Assembly (NCBI RefSeq): GCF_009834535.1
Contig: NC_045705.1
Span: 32,178,001 to 32,242,000, forward strand
Direction: 5' to 3'
From: Camelus ferus
Lineage: Eukaryota
Length of the DNA stretch: 64,000 nt
Both the position numbers and the translations under genes were made by a program. The notes under the pieces were generated by a model that saw only the letters and a list, made by a program, of their open reading frames with translations, had not been told where the DNA came from and made no database searches. Position 1 is the first letter of the stretch, and each line of letters begins with the position of its first letter. Positions 1-12,167 of the stretch are shown one piece after another.

Positions 1-180
1 GTGAGCTACCACAAGATCTTGTATATATTTCCCTGTACTATACAGTATAATATTGTTTCTCTATTTTGCATTTTGAAATCTCAGTCTGTCGCTACCCACC
101 TCCCGCCCCCTTGGCAACCACAAGTTTGTATTCTATGTCTATGAGTCTGTTCCTGTTTTGTATTTCTGTTTTTTTTTTTC
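1..180 (-). mobile_element. L1 3' UTR fragment (young, lineage-specific)
   Basis: Same text as the other young L1 ends here (gagctaccacaagatcttgtatatatttccctgt...cccttggcaaccacaagtttg). Confidence 0.8.
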
Positions 181-597
181 TTATTAGGAATTATTTGTCT
201 GCCTAATCAATGTTTGTTTATTCCTCTAGGCTTTAGGATTCACTAGTGCACAAACTACTGGATTCTTCATGAAATGCAAAGCACTTAAATGCAAAAAAAA
301 AAGTGAACACTCACAAACCTTAATATATGTGAAATGATAATGTTTGAATGAACACATTAACAAATAAAATATGACAAAATTAGAAGAGTCAGGAAGTTGT
401 ACAGGAAGAGGGAGTTTCATAGATAAGTTCAAGGCACATAATGAAGCATAAGTTTGAGAAACTGAAACATTTTCTTATGACGGAGCTTTAGTATTGCTAC
501 TGAGAAAATCATGTTTCTCATGTATTATATAATTTTATAAAAATTGTTATATATGTGTATATGTATAACATAAATATTAAAAACCATCGTTCATTTT

Positions 598-1530
598 TCA
601 ATTTCTCAATTTAATTTTCAATTTTTCAAGGGCCTTTTTCACATCCTTGTTCCGTAGGCTGTAAATCAGAGGGTTTAACATGGGAATCACAAGGGTGTAA
701 AAGAGTGAGGTCATTTTGTCTTGATCCAGAGAGTAGGAAGAGCTCGGCCGGAAATACGTGAAGAGCAGAGTCCCCTGGAAAATGGCCACAGCAGTTAGGT
801 GGGAGGTGCAGGTGCAGAAAGCTTTGCGCCTCCCCTCAGCAGAGTGGATCTTCAACACTGATAGGATAATATAACAGTAAGAGGCAAGGACTCCTGAAAT
901 GGTGCTCAGTTCAATGAAGCCAAAAATGGTGAATATCACTAACTCATTGACGTGTGTATCTGAGCAAGATAGCAATAGGAGAGGAGGAACATCACAGAAG
1001 AAATGGTTAATCTCATTTGAGCCACAGAAACATAAGCGGAAGGCTAATGTCGTGTGTATCAAAGCATCCGCCATCCCCACCAGGTACACCCCCGCCACGA
1101 GCAGGGAGCACACTCTGCTGGACATGCTGACTGTGTAGAGCAGGGGGTTGCTGATGGCCTTGTACCGGTCATAGGCCATCACTGCCAGCAGGAGACACTC
1201 AGAATCTGCAAAGGTACAGGAGACCAAGAACTGCAGAGCACAGCCAAGGAAGGGGATGGATTTGTTCTTGGCTAAAAGATCTACCAGCATCTTGGGGCCA
1301 ATTGCTGTGGAATAGCCGAGGTCACAGAAAGAGAGGTGGCTGAGGAAAAAGTACATGGGTGTGTGCAGCTGGGAATCCAGTCTAATTAGGGTGATCATTC
1401 CAAGATTGGCCAGGAGACTAATGAGATACACAGCAAAGAACGTGACACAAAGGGTCATTTTAATCCCAGGGTTGTCAGTAATTCCCAAAAATATGAATTC
1501 AGTGAAGGAGGAGCAGTTTCCTCTTTCCAT
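598..1530 (-). CDS. OR5W2: Olfactory receptor, OR5W2-like, copy 1 (310 aa, intact)
   Basis: Single-exon 7TM ORF with OR motifs [25 protein letters not shown], KAFxTCTSHL and [15 protein letters not shown]; closely resembles human OR5W2 as I recall it. True ATG is at 1530 (MERGNCSS); the track start at 1554 is a TTG. Confidence 0.93.
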   Translation of the reverse strand: MERGNCSSFTEFIFLGITDNPGIKMTLCVTFFAVYLISLLANLGMITLIRLDSQLHTPMYFFLSHLSFCDLGYSTAIGPKMLVDLLAKNKSIPFLGCALQFLVSCTFADSECLLLAVMAYDRYKAISNPLLYTVSMSSRVCSLLVAGVYLVGMADALIHTTLAFRLCFCGSNEINHFFCDVPPLLLLSCSDTHVNELVIFTIFGFIELSTISGVLASYCYIILSVLKIHSAEGRRKAFCTCTSHLTAVAIFQGTLLFTYFRPSSSYSLDQDKMTSLFYTLVIPMLNPLIYSLRNKDVKKALEKLKIKLRN

Positions 1531-2849
1531 TCTTCTAAAGTGTTCCTGTCTCAACTTTTGAGGAAATGATCAAGACAATGGCACACACACGTATAACATG
1601 TCTGTACATCCATGCAGCACCTGTAAGGAAGAACACGGTTCACTTCTGCCATTTTCTTTTTAAACTCAGAAAAGTACTTGGTCAATAATCACTTCTGCAA
1701 GAAGCATTGCTATCTACACAAAGGTAATAAAAACTATTTGGGATGGATCGTGCGAGACTTTAGACTTCCGTCTAAATCCAGATGCTCTTCATGAGCTGTG
1801 TTACTTTCTACAAGCTCTTTGACTTACCTGAGCTTTACCTTTCTTGTGTCAAGAAAGACACGTGGGTAAATTGACATCTCATTACATCTTCAGAACAGTG
1901 TGCAAGAAACATCAGTGTTAGAGACACCAGGCTACGTAAGATATAGGACCAAATATTTTCTACGCTTGAAAAAATTCCATGGGTACAGAAAAAAATGATG
2001 CCAATTATTGTGTTCCTCAAAAAAACATGATTTGAAATATTTGTGTATTAGTCTTAGAATCTATTGGCATATCACACACTAATAACAATGAAAACAATTA
2101 TGTTATCGATCCTGCTGTTTAGGATTTAGTGAGACATGGAATAAGTAACATCGACCTTTCTCTAGAAATTTATTATGGCTTTGCCACACTATTCATTACC
2201 TGTTTGTAGAGTATCTGGTGCCAAAGGAGGGGTCTCGAACAGCCAGAGCAAAATACTAAAAGGAAGTGAAAACAACAGGATTTAATACATGTGTCTGCAT
2301 CTCTTTGGATTTTAAATGGAGTTTTATATTAAAAAACTGGAGCAGGATGAAGAGGAACGAATGCTTCTGACATACGTGGTCTCTCTCCCTTGTGCATGTG
2401 TGTGTCGTGTGTGTGTCATGTGTCTGCATATTTACAATATGTTTCAGGTGTACATGAGAATAGAATGTGGTTAAGAAACTTTTTCTTTGCAAGTAAACGT
2501 GACCATGAAGATGAATTTGCACATTTTAATTTTTAATGTGGTACCTACATTATCTTTTAAATAAAACCAAACAAGGAAACCCCTTAAATTTGCATGTCTA
2601 CTTCTCTAATGATCAAAGGAGTGAAGTCTTTCCTGTGAACCAACATCAAAATAAATGAACGTAAAAGTTGTGTCATGGATACCACCAAGGGCAGACAGGT
2701 TCTTCCAGTTCTGAGAAGAAAATATTATTTCTGGGCATGAAATTACAGAGCTTATTTAACTAAATAAACAGACATAAAATATTTTATTTACAAATTTCTT
2801 TTTTCCCCAAAAAGGTAAGTTTTTTTGACTTATAATTTTTGTGTGTGTG

Positions 2850-3189
2850 TGATATTTTAAAATAAACTTTATTTATTAGAACAGTTTTAGATTTGCAAAA
2901 AATATAGAAGAATATTACAGAGGTTGACATATACCCCATACCCAGTGTCTCCTATTATTAACCTCTTACATTAGTATGACATATTATTGCAATTAATGAA
3001 CTAATATTAACTCATTATCATTAACTAAAGCCCATACTTAATTTAGATTTCGTTAGTTTTTACCTTTTCTCTTTTTTAGTCCAAGATCTCATCCAGGACA
3101 CCACATTACACTTAGGAATCATGCCTCCTTAGGCTCCTGTTCACTGTGACAGTTTCTCAAACTTTCCTTGTTTTTAGTGACTTTGACAG
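2850..3189 (-). mobile_element. Old L1 3' end (L1MC-like)
   Basis: aaactttatttattagaacagttttagatttg...ggacaccacattacac...ctgtgacagtttctc resembles the L1MC 3' consensus as I recall it. Confidence 0.7.
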
Positions 3190-3465
3190 TTTTTTTTTTA
3201 ATTGAGTTATAGTCAGTTTACAATGTTGTGCCAATTTCCAGTGTAGAGCACAATTTTTCGGTTTTACTTGAATATACATATATATTCATTGTCACATTCT
3301 TTTTCACTGTAAGCTACCACAAGATCTTGTATATATTTCCCTGTGCTCTACAGTATAATCTTGTTTATCTACTCTACATATGCCTGTCAGTATCTACAAA
3401 TTTTGAACTCCCAGTCTGTCCCTTCCCACCCCCCTCCCCCTTGGCAACCACAGGTTAGTATTCTA
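3190..3465 (-). mobile_element. Young L1 3' end with poly(A), 5'-truncated
   Basis: T10 tract followed by attgagttatagtcagtttacaatgttgtg...; matches the L1 3' UTR at 14000-14309. Confidence 0.85.
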
Positions 3466-3839
3466 TTTGACTTATATCCTTTAAATTAGGACCTTGAAGC
3501 CTACCTGAGATGAGAAAGTCTTGGGTAGCTGAGCAATAGCGGATGGTCTTTTATTTTACCAGGTACATTGGGGTTTAAATCTCTGCTACTGCTCATAGGC
3601 ATTCATGTTATGCAAAACATCATTAATTATGTTTCTGCTTTTCTATCTTCCCCTGTGAATTGAGAAGCAACTTTAGGAAGGGGTGAGCTTACATGGCTTC
3701 ATTATTATCACCAAATTGATCTCCAGTGGGAAGAAAACTGCAGATTATTTTAATGGTATGTTTCACAGTGACCTTGAAACTCTCTGCCCAAGTCAGAGGA
3801 AATCTAATGAAACTCAAATAGATCCCTCTTTAATCATTT

Positions 3840-4398
3840 TTTTAGGTAGTTAGATAAGTGGGGGCACTGGGTGTACAAGTGGAGGAGAGGGAAGAGGGTC
3901 CAGAAGATGACATTATGCCCATCTCCAGCATAAATGGACTTTACTTCTTCTAAATGAGTGCCAGCAAGGAATTGGTTAGAATCTGACAGCCATGACTGTG
4001 CAGTAGCAGAAAGGACTTAACTAGACTTGACCCAATGCTCAGTGTATTTCAATTAACACTGCAGTTTAGCATCCCCCCCACCATGGGGTCTTCTGTGTGC
4101 ACCATGAGTAAGGACGTGTGCAAAGGGGGCCAAACATGACTAAGCACTCCAGGGACAAGAGCCATCAACCAATCAAAAGACCACCTCTAACCGAGGGTAT
4201 AAGAGGAAGGGGAGACAAAACCCTCCGCTCTTCCTCCCTTGAGACAGCCCGCCTCCCATTCTTGGAGGTGCACTTTTTTCTTTCCTAAATAAATCTTTTA
4301 AAATCTTCTGCTACACAACACATTGTCACCCGATTGTAATTTTATCTTTCAGGTATGACAAGAATTGGAGTCTTTGCTCTTTACCTGTTGGGGGAACA
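3840..4398 (+). mobile_element. Solo LTR (ERV1-like)
   Basis: CCAAT at 4169, TATAA at 4198, AATAAA at 4288, ends ...gggaaca. Flanked by attt/attt; the flanks are contiguous in the paralogous unit near 20660. Confidence 0.7.
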
Positions 4399-4489
4399 AT
4401 TTCCCACTCCTACCCCTTGTTCATTGTGTCTTTGAAACATTCTCCTTCACTCCCTTATTTAGGAACATTAGTATCCTTTTGATCATATT

Positions 4490-4985
4490 TTCTTTTTTAT
4501 TGAAATACAATACATATACCATAAAACTCACCCTTTTAATGTATACATTACTTTGGATTTTAATGTATTTTCAAGGTTGTTCAGCCATTACCACTGTCTA
4601 ATTCCAGAACATTTTTATCACTCCAGTAAGAAACCCATACTTACTGCCTGTCAGCTCTCCCTCCAACGCCCAACCTCCTCCCCCCCATCCAGCCCTGGCA
4701 ACCACTAATTTGCTTCTGGATTCTGTGTGATTTCCTCTTCTGGACATCTCATATAAACAGAACCATGCAATATGAGTTTTTCCTGCCAGGCTTTTTTTCT
4801 TCAGTAAAATGTGTTAAAGGTTCATCCATGTTGTTGCATGTGTTAGAATTCTGTTTCATTATATGGCTGAATAATATTTTATTTTGTGGATATAGCACAT
4901 TTTGTGGATCCACTCTTCATTTGGATGAACACTGGGTTGTTTCTACTTTCTAGCTGTTGTGAATAATGATGCTGTAACATTCCCG
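4490..4985 (-). mobile_element. L1MB-like 3' end (also present in the copy 3 unit)
   Basis: attgaaatacaatacatataccataaaactcaccctttt...aattccagaacattttcatcactcc; orthologous copy at 20765-21230. Confidence 0.75.
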
Positions 4986-5480
4986 TTAATGCTACCTTCC
5001 AGGGCAGCCTTCATCACCAAGCATTGTCTTGTTCTCGTTCCCCGTCCATGTATCAGCCAGAGACATTTCACTGAAATTGTGACTTCACCACATTCTTTAC
5101 ACAGTGCACTGTTTCTCCATTATGTTTATTTTATTTCTCTAAGAATGTGTCTACTACATTTAAGACTTTAGGAAAAAGTTCTGTACCTTTTTTTGTATTT
5201 CCTAAAATTGCTAATAGAAGAATTTGCAAAGATAATCACTTTCTAGATAGTTACTAAGTATTTCTGTCTATTAAAGTGGGGAATGATGTACAAAGAATAG
5301 AAATGCACTGGGTTTGGGAATTTTCCTAATGCTATTGTTCATATGTGCAAGGATGCTTCATTTAAAATTTTTTGTATTTTTGATGATTTTTCTAAATAAG
5401 CAGAGTTTGATTTTTATTTTCTTAAAATAATGTGTTTGCTATTATCAGCACAAAATTTGTACATTGAGAAATACCAGAAG

Positions 5481-6160
5481 CTTCTTTTTTCATTGAAGTA
5501 TAATTGAATTACAGTATTATACTAGTTACAGGTGTACAGATTAATGATTCTATATTTTTAGAGATTATACTCAGTATAAACTTACTATAAAATATTGGCT
5601 ATAACCCTGTGTCATGTATTACATCCTTGCATCTTACTTAGTTTATACTTATTATTTTGTACCCCTTAGTCCCCTTTAGTCTTGCCTCTCCCCCACCATC
5701 CCCATCACTGGCAACCACTAGTTTGTTCTATCTGTGAGGCTATTTTTGTTCCTTTATATTTATTCATTTGTGTTATTTCTTAGATTCCACATATAGGTGA
5801 AAGTATAAAGTATTTGTCTTTCTCAGTGTAACTTATTTCACTAAGCATAATACTCTCCAGGGCCATTCATGTCATTGTAAATGGCAAACTTCAATCTTTT
5901 GTAGGGCTGAGTAACATTCCATTGCATACATATACCACCTCTTCTTTATCTATTCATCTGTTATGAACACATAGGTTGATTCCATATTTCAGCTATTGCA
6001 AATAATGCTCTATGAGCATTGGAGTGCGTATATCTTTTGGAATTATTGTTTTCATATGCTTCAGGTATATATCAAGGAGTAGAATTGCTGGACCATATAG
6101 TAGTTGTATTTTTAATTTTTTGAGGAAACTCCATACTGTTTTCCTTGGTGGCTGTACCAT
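5481..6160 (-). mobile_element. L1 3' end/ORF2 tail, specific to copy 1
   Basis: ttcattgaagtataattg...tttttgaggaaactccatactgtt; the flanks join without it at about 21740. Confidence 0.8.
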
Positions 6161-6799
6161 TAGATTTCATGTCCTCCCTAAATCCTCCCCAACAGATAGC
6201 AATGGAATTCTCCACACTCTTTGAACTTTGGTCTACCATCTTAGCATCTGATGTGATTGGCCCATTTCCCAAGGTCCCAGAACAAACTCTACTTTCACAA
6301 TAACCTGAAGGATTAAAATGTCTGTTACTCTCCGTTCCCATGTGTGTTGCTTAAGTCCTGCTTAATTTGATTGCTTTGGTAGGTATAACTACACCAAAAA
6401 TAAAACGAGATTACAACACAACTCATATATTTAGTTAAAATATTTTAAAATTACTAATAAAATAATCTGGAATTAGAAATTACAGAGTTTTCTAATGGAC
6501 TGATGATAGTTTGGGCAGATTAAAGATGGCTATACAGGTTTTTACATATTTTCCTTAGAAATAAAGTACCTATACATCTTCCCTTTGAATTTTTGTAGTA
6601 CTTAAATTGCTTGATCAAATGAAATTGGCAAAATATCACTTCTGAGTCTTTTCTTTAAGAAGAGAGTCTCTGAAAGCCATGAGCTACCATGTAAATATAT
6701 CAGGAGAGAAATATTTACACATATATTTGTGTTTATAAATAGAAACACAAATATATATATGTGAAGAAACTATTTGAAATCTTAAATCCATATACACGA

Positions 6800-8600
6800 C
6801 AGGTTCAAACTTTTGGGTGGAGGTAGATTGAAGGGATGTTAGTCTATGTGGCCTTGGGGAGCAGCCTGTCTTCTGGGATGCAGACATCCTCTGGGCTTGG
6901 GTTACATTTTGTTTAGTCAGAACCCAGCTCTAGCCAGAATGGTATTTTGGGATCAAAGGGCATTTATATGTCCAGCTATAGTAGACTGAGCCATGGAGTT
7001 TCACCAATTTTCATTCTACTGTCAATGTAAAAGCCACAATTGTTCCACATCTTCACCATTAGTTGATATTTAAATTGTTTATATTTCACCATTCTGTAGA
7101 TGAGTCATAATCCTGTCCAACACTAGGGATGGATTTACATGCCAGCTGTCATATTTTATAGGGAGAGAGTGTATCAGCTAGAAGGAACTAGATTAGAGTT
7201 ATCTAATTGGAGTCCTGTTCACATAGTGGGGTCTGAGGGATAGAAAGGAAGAGTGCTGAGTTAAATTTAGAGTGGCCGTGCTACCTGGTTCACAGCATGG
7301 TTCTAAAGAGACAGATGTCCAGGGAGATGAAAAAACGCTGCTGCTGGCTTTAACACAGAACTTCCTATTTACTGGGTTATTGAATACCATTACTGTTCTA
7401 TCTATAACGAATGCACTTACACAGCCTATGACCAGTATATATCTGTCTGTCCTCTGTGTTGGACATGTACCCAAATCTAACATTGTTTTGCCATATTTAT
7501 GCTTAAGTATCTCAGTGGCAGGGATGAAGGAGGAGGTCAAGATATAGGAATTTGACTATAGTGTTAACTCACTACACACTGTCATTGATAAATCTGTATT
7601 TGGACAAGGAAGTTTTCCATCCATTACTGGTGGATATGTGAGAGGGATGTGATATGAAGAGACTAAAAGGGAAAAGAATGAAGAAGATTGAAGTAGACAG
7701 GCTAAAATACACTGAAGTCCTTTGATGTAGTGTTCCCCTTTTCTGTAGAATGTCAAGAAAGAATAGTCATTATGCAACATTGCAACATTGCCCAAACTTC
7801 TAAGTTATGAATTCCATAAAAAATTCCATAATTTCTCATTCAACCTCTCCCATTCTATGAGAGGAAGCCTACAATTAACTAAATCAGTCAGTTTGATTTT
7901 TGGTCTTCAATTTAATGAGATTAAATTTCCTTTTGTTATAGCACATCCACCAGATCCAATAAAATGAGCCAATATTTTTATCAACTCAGTCTTTAGATGT
8001 TGAAATAAGTATCTATCATACACACATCAATGGATTAATTAGACAATGTGCTTATTAATCTCTTAATTCATGGCAATCCACTGACACCCTCTCTTGCCTA
8101 ACTTTAATATATTTTAGCCACTGTTTTCTGCTGATCATATGCAACAATACAAAGTCTGGGTGAATTGATAAAAAATTCTAGGAATAGAATAGGAGTAGAA
8201 ATCTTTAAACCTGTTATCTAAAACAAGAATTCTCTGCAAGTTTTTTTTTTTCTCTACTGTGAGAACTTTTCCTAACATGCTACAATGCTTCACAAGTACC
8301 ATCTTGAATAACAGAGGAAGTTTGTAGGTTTACTTCCATTCTGAAATATTTTCACATAAGGGCATCTTATAATGGTAGCTAGAACACTTAAGACCATCAG
8401 TGGCTCTTAATTTTTAATTAAGAGTATCCTTCAATCCTTAATGGTATTTCAAATATATGGCCATACCACACTTTCTCAGCAAACTGATTCAATGCTTTAG
8501 CCTTCAGGGAACAAGATCAAAGGCAGATGAAATAGATATCAAGAATTTATAGCTTTTACTTTTAGAGTAATTAATATGCATGTCTTTATAGATCCACTAT
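6800..8600 (-). mobile_element. Degraded ERV internal (pol/integrase-like) remnant
   Basis: Minus strand near 8230-8300 reads EA..RK..LTV.KK-LAEN across frameshifts, like the integrase motif EAFPCRKA.ALTVAKKLLEN; the rest is not alignable by eye. Confidence 0.4.
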
Positions 8601-8669
8601 CTTAGTGTCCATAACAATTTTATGTGCCTTCCAAGAAACTGTTGTGTAAGTGAATGCAATATGTATTGT

Positions 8670-8699
8670 GGTATATATATATGTGTATATATATATGTA

Positions 8700-8751
<52 letters not shown>

Positions 8752-8758
8752 TATATAT
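8670..8758. repeat. Compound (TA)n/(TG)n microsatellite
   Basis: Directly visible. Confidence 0.95.
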
Positions 8759-9184
8759 CTTAAGGTACTTACCAAATGCTCAGTTAATTTTAAGTTACTA
8801 AGATTAACACTCAAAAAAATTAACACTCAAAAATATTATCTGGTATTTTTAGTTTATTATGCATTTGTTTATCTTCCCATTGTATCCCAGACAACATGCA
8901 ATGCTTTGGATAAAAGGATGGAAAGCTCAACCCTTTAGCAAAGAATTCTCACAAACAGGGTGATATAAAATAGTGCTTTATGTAGATGAGTATTTGTGAG
9001 CCACAAAGAGACAAAGAGGAGGATTTTACCAGGGCTGAGGATGAGGAAGAAGGGAAGAAAATTATCTTGAAGAAAATGACAGAAGAACTGATAGTTGATG
9101 ATGACAGCACAATGCTGTAATTTACCAAGGCTCGTTTCATTGTTCTGTATAATCTAACCTTTAGACTTCTTTTCTTCTTCTTTT

Positions 9185-9655
9185 TTGTCTAGCTTTATTC
9201 AAATATAATTGGCAAGTAGCATGTAAAATTATAAAGTATACAATGCGATGATGTTATATATGTTTATATAGTGAAATGATTACCCCAATAAGGTTAGTTA
9301 ATACATTCATCACCTCACAGAGGTAGCACTTTTAATGTGTGCATGGTGTGGACAGTTGAGATCTACTCTCTCAGCAAATTTCAAGTGTAGAATACAGCAT
9401 TGTTAACTAGAGGCACGGATGTATATTAGGTCCTCATAACTTACTCATAAAATGAGAGAAAGCTTGTACACTTTGATCAAAATCACCCATTTCCCCCATA
9501 GTTAAGCCCCTAGCAACCACCAATCTACTCTTTGTTTCTGTGAGTTTGACCTTTTTGGATTCTACAAATATGTGAGAATACAGCACTTGTCTTTCTCTGT
9601 ATGAATTAGTTCACTTAACATATTGCCCTCACAGTTCTTCCTTGTCATGGCAAAC
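9185..9655 (-). mobile_element. L1MA-like 3' end
   Basis: agctttattcaaatataattgg...agcaaatttcaagtgtagaatacag...ctctttgtttctgtgagtttgac. Confidence 0.75.
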
Positions 9656-10301
9656 AGGACATCTTTACCTTTAAGACATGGTCTTGTCCAACTCAAGTCT
9701 TGTCTAGTTGTCAGACCTTCTGCCTGGTATCCTTTCTTCTCTCTACTTGAATCTCTTTTAGATTTGAGATTGAAATTCTCTATCCAAATATGCCTTCCTT
9801 TTACACTAGTTTTGGGTATTTTGTTTTGGATGTATAGCCCTCAATTGTTTATTACACGATGAATTTGAGGCTTGTTATGAATTACTTGAATGTCTGGTTA
9901 ATACATTACTAATACTAGCTTTTATTCATTAGTATAGAAACTACAAGATGCATTGTGGTACATAAAGGACCTAAATGCTCAAAGGTCACTCAAAAATACA
10001 CAATAAATCTTAGTGTAATTGAAAAAACATTTGAGTAAAAACTGAAAAAAATGAGCATAATAAAAAACTTAGAAATGTTTTCACTTAGAAGTGCCATCTG
10101 TAAATTCTGGACACATAATGAAGTAGGACATTTGTGGGGAACAGCAGTATACTTAAGATGGGAATTTAATGCAAATACTACTATATTTAAGAATTTGAGA
10201 AAAGTATATTTCTCATTAGCATATTGTATAATTTTAATGAAACAGAAACCACTATGTGTGTGTGCGTGTACGTGTGTAAAAAAAATGCCTAATATGAATA
10301 T

Positions 10302-11231
10302 TTAAAGCCATATTTTATTTTTCAATTTTTCTAAGGCCTCTCTTACATCCTTGTTCCGTAGGCTGTAAATCAGAGGGTTTAACATGGGAATCACAAGGGT
10401 GTAAAACAATGAGATAATTTTGTCTTGATCTAAAGAGTAGGAAGAGCTCGGCCGGAAATACGTGAAGAGCAGAGTCCCCTGGAAAATGGCCACAGCAGTT
10501 AGGTGGGAGGTGCAGGTGGAGAAAGCTTTGCGCCTCCCCTCAGCTGAGTGGATCTTCACCACTGATAGGATAATATGACAGTAAGAGGCAAGGACTCCTG
10601 AAATGGTGCTCAGTTCAATGAAGCCAAAAATGGTGAATAATACCAATTCATTAACCTGTATATCAGAGCAGGAAAGGAGGAAGAGAGGAGGTAAATCACA
10701 GAAGAAATGGTTAATCTCATTTGAGCCACAGAAACATAAGCGGAAGGCTAACGTCGTGTGTATCAAAGCATCCGCCATCCCCACCAGGTACACCCCCGCC
10801 ACGAGCAGGGAGCACACTCTGCTGGACATGCTGACTGTGTAGAGCAGGGGGTTGCTGATGGCCTTGTACCGGTCATAGGCCATCACTGCCAGCAGGAGAC
10901 ACTCAGAATCTGCAAAGGTACAGGAGACCAAGAACTGCAGAGCACAGCCAAGGAAGGGGATTGATTTGTTCTTGGCAAATAGGTCCGCCAGCATCTTGGG
11001 GCCAATTGCTGTGGAATAGCCGAGGTCACAGAAAGAGAGGTGGCTGAGGAAAAAGTACATGGGTGTGTGCAGCTGGGAATCCAGTCTAATTAGGACAATC
11101 ATTCCAAGATTGGCCCCAAGATTAATGAGATAAACAAGTAGAAGCAAGGAGAATAGGGTCACTTTGTTCTCAGTGTTATGAGTGATTCCCAAGAAGATGA
11201 ATTCAGTCACGGAGCAATTTTCTTTTCTCAT
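10302..11231 (-). CDS. OR5W2: Olfactory receptor, OR5W2-like, copy 2 (309 aa, intact)
   Basis: Intact ORF with all canonical OR motifs; its central part is nearly identical to copies 1 and 3. Confidence 0.93.
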   Translation of the reverse strand: MRKENCSVTEFIFLGITHNTENKVTLFSLLLLVYLINLGANLGMIVLIRLDSQLHTPMYFFLSHLSFCDLGYSTAIGPKMLADLFAKNKSIPFLGCALQFLVSCTFADSECLLLAVMAYDRYKAISNPLLYTVSMSSRVCSLLVAGVYLVGMADALIHTTLAFRLCFCGSNEINHFFCDLPPLFLLSCSDIQVNELVLFTIFGFIELSTISGVLASYCHIILSVVKIHSAEGRRKAFSTCTSHLTAVAIFQGTLLFTYFRPSSSYSLDQDKIISLFYTLVIPMLNPLIYSLRNKDVREALEKLKNKIWL

Positions 11232-12133
11232 TCTTCCTTTTTTCTTGTCTGAGTTTTTGACAAAATAATCAGGAAAAGGATAGAGGAGTATCTGGACATC
11301 TGCAAAATATCTGTAAAGTAGAACACAATTTCTTTCTGTAACTATCTTTTTATACTCAGAAAATTACCCAGCCAAGTGCTCACTCTTTGAAGGAGCATTG
11401 CTGTCTGCTTGACAATTAAAACGAGCAAAAATTGTGATTGACATTAAAAAAAAACTTTTAATCTAAATCTGCATGCCATCATGATGTATATAATTTTCTA
11501 TCAGTTTTTTTTTTCTGGGTTTTAGCTTTTTTATCTCTGTAAGTATAATTCAATAAATTAATGTCTTTTTCTGTATTCAAAAATACCATGGTAAAAACAC
11601 CAATGTTAGAGAGACCAGGCTGTAAGGTACAGGACTAAACATTTTCTATGTTTGAAAATATTCACATGGACACAAAAAAAATGTTTTGCTTTGTTATGTT
11701 TCTCAAAAGACACAGCTCACATAAACAATGGTTTAAAATGCTTTTCTCTTGGTTCTAGAAACCGTGAGCATATCACTGACTAATAGTAATACTGAATAAA
11801 TAAATAATAATAATAATAACAATAAAGGATAATGTATTACTGGTCCTGGTCTAAGTTATCTTCATTATTTGGTGAAAGATGAAACAGATTTATTGGCCTT
11901 TACTCTAGAAACATTCTTGCTTTGACACAATTCTCATTACCTATTTGGGGAGTAAAATCTAGGGCCAGAGAATGAATCTCTTGAGTAGTCAAAGAAAAGT
12001 GATAAAAAGAAGTGAGAACAACAGAATTTAATGCACACAGCCGCATCTCTTTGATTTTAAGTGGACTGTTATGTTAAAAATACGAAAACGGGATGAGGGA
12101 CAGTAAATGCTTCTGATGTATATAGTCTCCTCC

Positions 12134-12167
<34 letters not shown>

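Noticed and set aside
899-1275. Antisense ORFs repeated at 10603-10964 and 18216-18577 (also 37962, 47555, 56306)
   Set aside because: Shadows of the OR coding strand, repeated only because the genes are paralogous.
1531-1554. N-terminal extension MRQEHFRR of OR5W copy 1
   Set aside because: The track start codon is TTG; both paralogs start at the position equivalent to the ATG at 1530.
8654-8938. Hydrophobic 94-aa ORF and similar ORFs (23486, 34000)
   Set aside because: Translations of dinucleotide microsatellites.
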